From Bugula neritina (lineage: Eukaryota; Animalia; Bryozoa), in NCBI GenBank assembly GCA_964035545.1, contig OZ037766.1, forward strand, positions 11,894,722-11,958,721: a stretch of 64,000 nucleotides of DNA. The letters are read 5' to 3'. This document shows, one piece after another, positions 57,768-64,000 of this stretch. How positions within the stretch are numbered: position 1 is the first letter of the stretch; every line of letters starts with the position of its first letter. The notes under the pieces were generated by a model. That model was not told the DNA's origin. It saw only the letters and a program-made list of their open reading frames with translations, and made no database searches. A program made the translations under genes and the position numbers.

Positions 57768-58635
57768 TTTGGACACCTCCAAAGAACAACCGAAACCATC
57801 ACCAAAAATGGAGAATGAAACAAAGACTATCATTAAAATAAACTTATGGTCAAATTGAAATGCTTTATTAGCCAAATGTTTTAGAGCCTTCGCCAGTTTT
57901 GCATAGTTAAATTTTATTAACTCTTTCATGATGTTTGCTGTTAGCAGGTGCTTAAATGAAAAATAATAAAATTAATAACTGAGCCTAATTATTAACGCAG
58001 TTTGCTAATATAAATTTTAAATGTTATGCAAACAATATGATAAACTTTCTTTTACATATATAATCAGAGTATTTTTAATTAAAATTTAAGCAGATTACAA
58101 GTAATTAACTAATTATATCAGCTACATAAATTCACTGATGCCACTGCATTCATAATAACTCAACTCTGCACCTACTAGAGTCTAGACTATGTGTAATTTA
58201 AACTGTGTGCATAGAACTACAGACCCAGTGGTATTTTAAAGATAGCTTACTATTACTCCAAAATAATTATTTGAACAATTTGAAGTCATAATCATTAGAA
58301 GTGTTATATCACTGTACACAATGATCCTGACAAGTAGGATGAAAGTATCACGTTTAGAAGCTTGATCCACATACCTTATAGTCAAGACAAAGGAAATAAT
58401 TATTAGGCTAATTAATTTATTATCAATGGCAGCTAGTAGCCTACCATATCTAAATGCTAACAATTCGTACTTGGAGAGCTCAATAAACAATTTAGTAGCA
58501 ATAATAACTTTTAATTTTACACACGCAGTATTCTAACATTACACAACTAGTTTTATTTAGTCCCAGTGTAAGCTTTTATGACTCTAAAGTCTAAATGTTT
58601 TGCATTGTAAGGGCTGAACGTATGTACTTTAGTTT

Positions 58636-59334
58636 ATAGATAAATAGATAAATAGATAGGTGGATAGGTGGATAGGTGGATAGGTGGATAGGTGGCTAGG
58701 TGGCTAGGTGGCTAGGTGGCTAGGTGGCTAGGTGGCTAGGTGGCTAGGTGGCTAGGTGGCTAGGTGGCTAGGTGGCTAGGTGGATAGGTGGATAGGTGGA
58801 TAGGTGGATAGGTGGATAGGTGGATAGGTGGATAGGTGGATAGGTGGATAGGTGGATAGGTGGATAGGTGGATAGGTGGATAGGTGGATAGGTGGATAGG
58901 TGGATAGGTGGATAGGTGGATAGGTAGATAGGTGGATAGATAGATAGATAGGTGGATAGGTGGATAGGTGGATAGGTGGATAGGTGGATAGGTGGCTAGG
59001 TGGCTAGGTGGATAGGTGGATAGGTGGATAGGTAGATAGGTGGATAGGTGGATAGATAAATAGATAAATAGATAGGTGGATAGGTGGATAGGTGGATAGG
59101 TGGATAGGTGGCTAGGTGGCTAGGTGGCTAGGTGGCTAGGTGGCTAGGTGGCTAGGTGGCTAGGTGGCTAGGTGGCTAGGTGGATAGGTGGATAGGTGGA
59201 TAGGTGGATAGGTGGATAGGTGGATAGGTGGATAGGTGGATAGGTGGATAGGTGGATAGGTGGATAGGTGGATAGGTGGATAGGTGGATAGGTGGATAGG
59301 TGGATAGGTGGATAGGTAGATAGGTAGATAGGTG

Positions 59335-59368
<34 letters not shown>
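58636..59368. repeat. (GGTGGATA/GGTGGCTA)n and (GATA)n compound satellite
   Basis: Seen directly; the block pattern itself is repeated (about 58640-58950 vs 59055-59345). Confidence 0.95.
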
Positions 59369-59369
<1 letters not shown>

Positions 59370-59660
59370 GCTACCACCATAAACAGCATATACAGTCTTT
59401 TATATATTTTACTCTCATTGCCTATACCAACCAAATGACATATATTCACAAACTATATACCTGTATATTTTCCCTAGAATAATATACTTTGTAGGGGTGA
59501 GACATGTGTGTGAACATGTGTGTGAGCCCGTATAATATTATGACTAAGCAGTTTAGCTAAAGAGAAGTTACTTGAAAAAAGAGCAGCAAAACAAATGTGA
59601 TATTGTTACGTCAGCACTCTAGAACTCAGTTTCAGCTCAAAAACCTCTAGACAAGAAAAC

Positions 59661-62600
59661 ATGGAATTTTTTGCGGATTCACTTTTACCTCATAAAAATG
59701 TTGTCATACAATCTGCTGTTGTTAATGAAAAGAGGAGACTGGAGGTTGTCATCAACGGTGAGGTATGTAGGCTACGAACTCAGGTTTACTATCCTTTATA
59801 ACTGTTGGTGCTTGTTTATACCCCCCCCCCTTCCTTGCAGCAAAGTATCTATAAAATTGGTGTTTTGACTGTATGAATAATACCACTGTGTTTACTGGAT
59901 TAGCGTTTTCAACTTCAAAAGTAACTTTTTTACAGTTGAACAAATATATTAACAGTTAACCAGAAAGAAAATCTTTAAAGTAACATGTTATATAGCTAAA
60001 ATCCAAGACAGTTTACTATATTCCCTTTACCAGGTTTAAAGACTAAAAAAGTTAGCTATAGGAATTAGAATAATGAGTTGATGTACAAATAAGAGTACAA
60101 TTATAAAAGTGGTATTCTTTATAGCCTATATAAGAGATAGTCATATACCTTCTGTTTCCTGACTAAAAGTGTAAGAAATATGTATAATAAATTTATAACT
60201 TTCCAATATTTAAACATTTTGCATGTTGCTTGAAAACCAAGATAATTAACTTTTTAAAAACGTGTTAATATTTTATCGAATTCTCCTGCATAAGATAAAG
60301 CTGATTTAGGTTAAAAGTTCTATGAGAAAATGACAATGATAAGGGTTTATTATTATGATTATTACTTTCCATTGCTTTGCAATATTTTGAAGATGCTGCA
60401 GTACCCAGGCGTATGGGTAATACAAAACTGCCAATGTACAGAGTGTTTCAATTCAACACGACTCCGATACTGTTCATCACTAAAAAAACTTGCTTACGGA
60501 GATCTGAACCTGAAGTCTGCAATATTATCAAAGGTTACTATTGTTGCTAACACATATATACTGGTGCAATAAGTAAGCAAAGAACGCCGCAATCTAATCA
60601 ACGACTAAAGTGCATTATGAGTAATTTGTGAGTAAGCGCAAAGTCATGGGTCCGAGCCGAACAAAGGCCATTGGTGATAGTAGGAAGAGCATCCAGTCAT
60701 AATTGCTTCTGTGCCCCATTTAAATAAGTCCTTAGCCCGCTTTAGCAAGAACCTTTTCTATCAGGGTTTTCTCACAGGGATAGTGACTATAAACCCCCGT
60801 GATTTTTTGTGAGTTAATATTCTATTAACATCAGCTTAATTAAAACAGTATAGATCTATTCAGTCTCTGAAAAGAGGAATAATTATACAGGTTTCGTCTT
60901 TCTCCATTAGCTAATATTAGTGGTTATCAGCTGTTATTAGATATAATTTAGTTTTGTTGAAATAAAATTCACTGGTGTGACTTTCAACAGGCACTGGATA
61001 CCTATATTCACTCAATTCACTTGGCTGAGTATGATATATCACAAATTGATTACTTTGCAGTAAAGAAATCTGGTAGAGAGAAATCACACATTTATAGCAA
61101 ATGAACACACATGGATAGTTTTAGCTTCACTAAAACTATATTATTCATATTATGCGGTTGCAAGTTAGTTAGCGCTTGGAGTGAGTGTGCTCATCATAAT
61201 TCAATATATGAAACAAAACTTATTGTAAGTATGGAGTTGTAGCTTTTTCTAGAGAGTTTCAGTAGCAGAAGAAGTTATTTGTGTAATATAGTACACCAAG
61301 AATTCTCACATTAAGCTTAGCAAAAGTTTACAGATCTTTACATGCCTAATGATAGCAAGTTCTGGAGCTGTATCAAGATGGTCCCCCAATGTTCATTTCT
61401 ACAGACAGGAAACAGCGTGAGATGTGAGCACACAGATGGTCACATTACAGAGTTTGATGCTCTCTGGTTATACAACCGAAGGATGACAAAAGGTGGAGCT
61501 AAAGAAAGACAAGCTACCTTGAAAATATCCAGTCCTGTTTCTTGGCCAAACCCCTCCGATATGGTGGTGAAAAGAATAAGTTATAAAGAAGTAAGTTACA
61601 TGCATGGCATCTCTATGAAAAAGTAAATTTATTTGTCATAGAGAAAAACATATTGAATTGAATAAAATATGCCCCCAAGTTAAACGCAGTTACAACAAGT
61701 AAAAGTTGTATCATTATGACGACTTTACTGTGTTTGTTTAAAGGTAACCGAAACATATGAAGGATTTGAAACTTTTGGCAAAAGTATTGTTGAGGATGGA
61801 ATTGTCATCATAACTGAAGCTCCTGATGGTCAAGTTTTTAAAGACTTTATTCAGAAAACTGGGTTGATCAGGACAACTAACTACTATGGGTAACTTATAA
61901 CATATAAAAGTCCCTCATCACCTGTTTCTACTTGCATGGTAAGATATATAACACACAGGTAAAACTTCCTGCATAAATGGATATTTTTATACTAGCTGAG
62001 AACTAGAAACTTACAATTTATTTCCTTTCTGGTAGAATTTAAGTATTTGCTGCACATAAAACACAAACTGTTATCGTTATAGCGAGTTTTGGTATGTCAA
62101 GAGCGAACCTATTCCTAGTAGCATTGCATACACTACATCAGAGCTGGATTTTCATATTGATCAGCCGTATCTCTACAATGACCTGAATGTAAGTGACCAC
62201 TAGCCTAAATATAGGCCTTGCAGTATATGCTTTCTATTAAAAGTAGGTAATGGAGGTAATGGAGTTATGTTTCAATAACCCAACTTAAATGAATTTATCA
62301 GGGTATGTATTAGTGAGAATACAGATTTAATAATGTCGAAATTGATATTACAGCTACATGTATTTTGGTAAATTGTATGGCTGAAATAAATCAGTAGCTT
62401 AAACTGGTTCCTAATTGTAAACAACATTAGTGCTGTTACCAACGAGATGCCAATTGTTGATGTTGCTGATTTAAATTGATTGAACATACACTTTGAAGAT
62501 AATGGATCATAGCCAAGAAACTCTGTAAATATCATCATATGACATAATAGAAATTTTCCACGTTAATAATTATTAGAATTCATATTACTATGTTTAAATA

Positions 62601-64000
62601 TACAACGCATAAAAACCAGAAGATGTTTAACATTGACTAATAATATAATGTATGTTAGTATGCAGATAAATGCCAGATAAAAATAGTAGCGATATATAAT
62701 GTGTTTTTCAAGATGTTTGGGGTTAGAAAAATAAGCAAATACATAGCTTCAAAATTTTACACAATGTACAATAATTCCAACAAAAAAGAAAAGCCATAAG
62801 CCAATAAATGACAGTTTTAAAGTGTGGTAACTTTAAACTACCTGATTTAGACAATACAAGTCCTTTAAAAACCTGTGGTTAAAATTTCTTGGTTTAAATT
62901 AGGAACCTTGCATTTTCACGGTCATAGCAAATGCATTTTTCAAACTGTTGCAAAATAAACTGTATATCAAATTTTGCTCATTGAACTTTCATCATGATGT
63001 ACTTCCAATTTTCTTAATCATGCAGGTTGTAGATATACAATTTGAAAATATATAATACCATATGGTTTAAGTAATTTAGATCATGTGATTACTAATGCTA
63101 ACTTGTAGATTCAAGTTCTACACTTTATTAACCAAGTTACAGTTGGAGGAGAGAACATAATGTCTGATGCAGTGAAAGCTGCTAACATTTTAAAGGAGAG
63201 GAACCCAGAATACTACCATGCTTTGACAACCACTGAGTTTGTCTACGAGGATCTTGTAGCTCATGAAACTCACAGTCCACAGTTTTTCCTTATGAAGTCA
63301 ACACCTGTTATAAAGTACTGCTCTTATTGCTGCTTGAATATTTAAAACAACAGACCCTTTTCCAATGGCCTTGCTACTCAATCTATAATTAATTGTTGTC
63401 TCCCCTTAGCACATATGAAATTTGACCTCATAACATAGAGCAGTCTCATTAAAAATGACCGCCAGCACACCAACTAAATTAATGGAGTTATACCTTAGCC
63501 GTTTCTGCAGCTTAATAAGGAAATGACCACAAAATATGTTCACAATTACTCTTTCCAAAACTGAATACCTATGAAAAAATATTTAAGTTGCAAAATTTAT
63601 AGAATTACTAAAATGTGTGCTACTACCAACACACTTATCTCCCAGAAATTTTTTTAACTATATAGCATAGTTTTGAATTTATGTAGCAATAAAGCTTCAA
63701 ACTTTTAATGAAACTGCTCTGTGTAACAATGTTCAAGTATGTACCTGATGAGGGGGGCACAACTCTCAATTCCAAATTAAGTATCATGAAAATTAGAAAA
63801 GGTTCTACTATCCAATTTGGTAATCTGAAGTTATATTGCTATTTATTATGACACAAGAGTTAATGTCTGCTCTAATAGTATACATAACATAACTTTTGAA
63901 TTTTCTTATAATCGCAGTTTAGATGAAAATGGAGAACCAAAAGCCATAAAATGGAGTCATTCATGTAGAAGCAGCTTTTTCAATGGTTTACCAGAGCAAT
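59661..64000 (+). CDS. BBOX1: BBOX1-like dioxygenase, copy 3 (truncated by the window end)
   Basis: Exons 59661-59762, 60393-60533, 61405-61590, 61744-61889, 62083-62188, 63109-63314, 63918->64000; no lesions seen. Motifs NCQCTEC, DGH, HID. The first Met of copies 1/2 is absent, so the start is placed at the conserved second Met. Confidence 0.85.
60630..60810 (+). mobile_element. SINE family A, 5'-truncated
   Basis: CATGGGTCCGAGCC...GCCATTGGTGATAGTAGGAAGAGCATCCAGTC...TCTCACAGGGATAGTGACTATAAAC. Confidence 0.85.

Overview
AT-rich, intron-containing animal (probably invertebrate) genomic DNA; all splice junctions in my four intact-gene models are GT-AG. From left to right: (1) about 1-17.4 kb is a decayed tandem segmental duplication. 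Each unit carries frameshifted 3' exons of a PDE12-like EEP nuclease (+) and remnants of an unidentified multi-exon gene (-), and unit 2 interleaves with the 3' end of VARS2. (2) An intact 21-coding-exon mitochondrial valyl-tRNA synthetase (VARS2, -, 34669-15270, 1020 aa by my exon join). (3) An intronless-CDS ATG10 (+), head-to-head with VARS2. (4) A 3-exon secreted atypical single-Kazal-domain gene (-, 113 aa) that the ORF track shows only in part. (5) A tandem array of three gamma-butyrobetaine dioxygenase (BBOX1)-like 2OG/Fe(II) dioxygenase genes (+); the third is cut off by the window end. They keep the metal and 2OG ligands that are visible but change substrate-carboxylate-binding positions step by step, and they show patchwork identity suggestive of gene conversion. 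Introns hold a tRNA-derived SINE family, LINE 3' ends, MITEs, a decayed pogo-like element and many micro/minisatellites. The diversifying BBOX-like array is the best candidate for an undescribed system. All homology calls come from motif recognition by eye; no searches were run.
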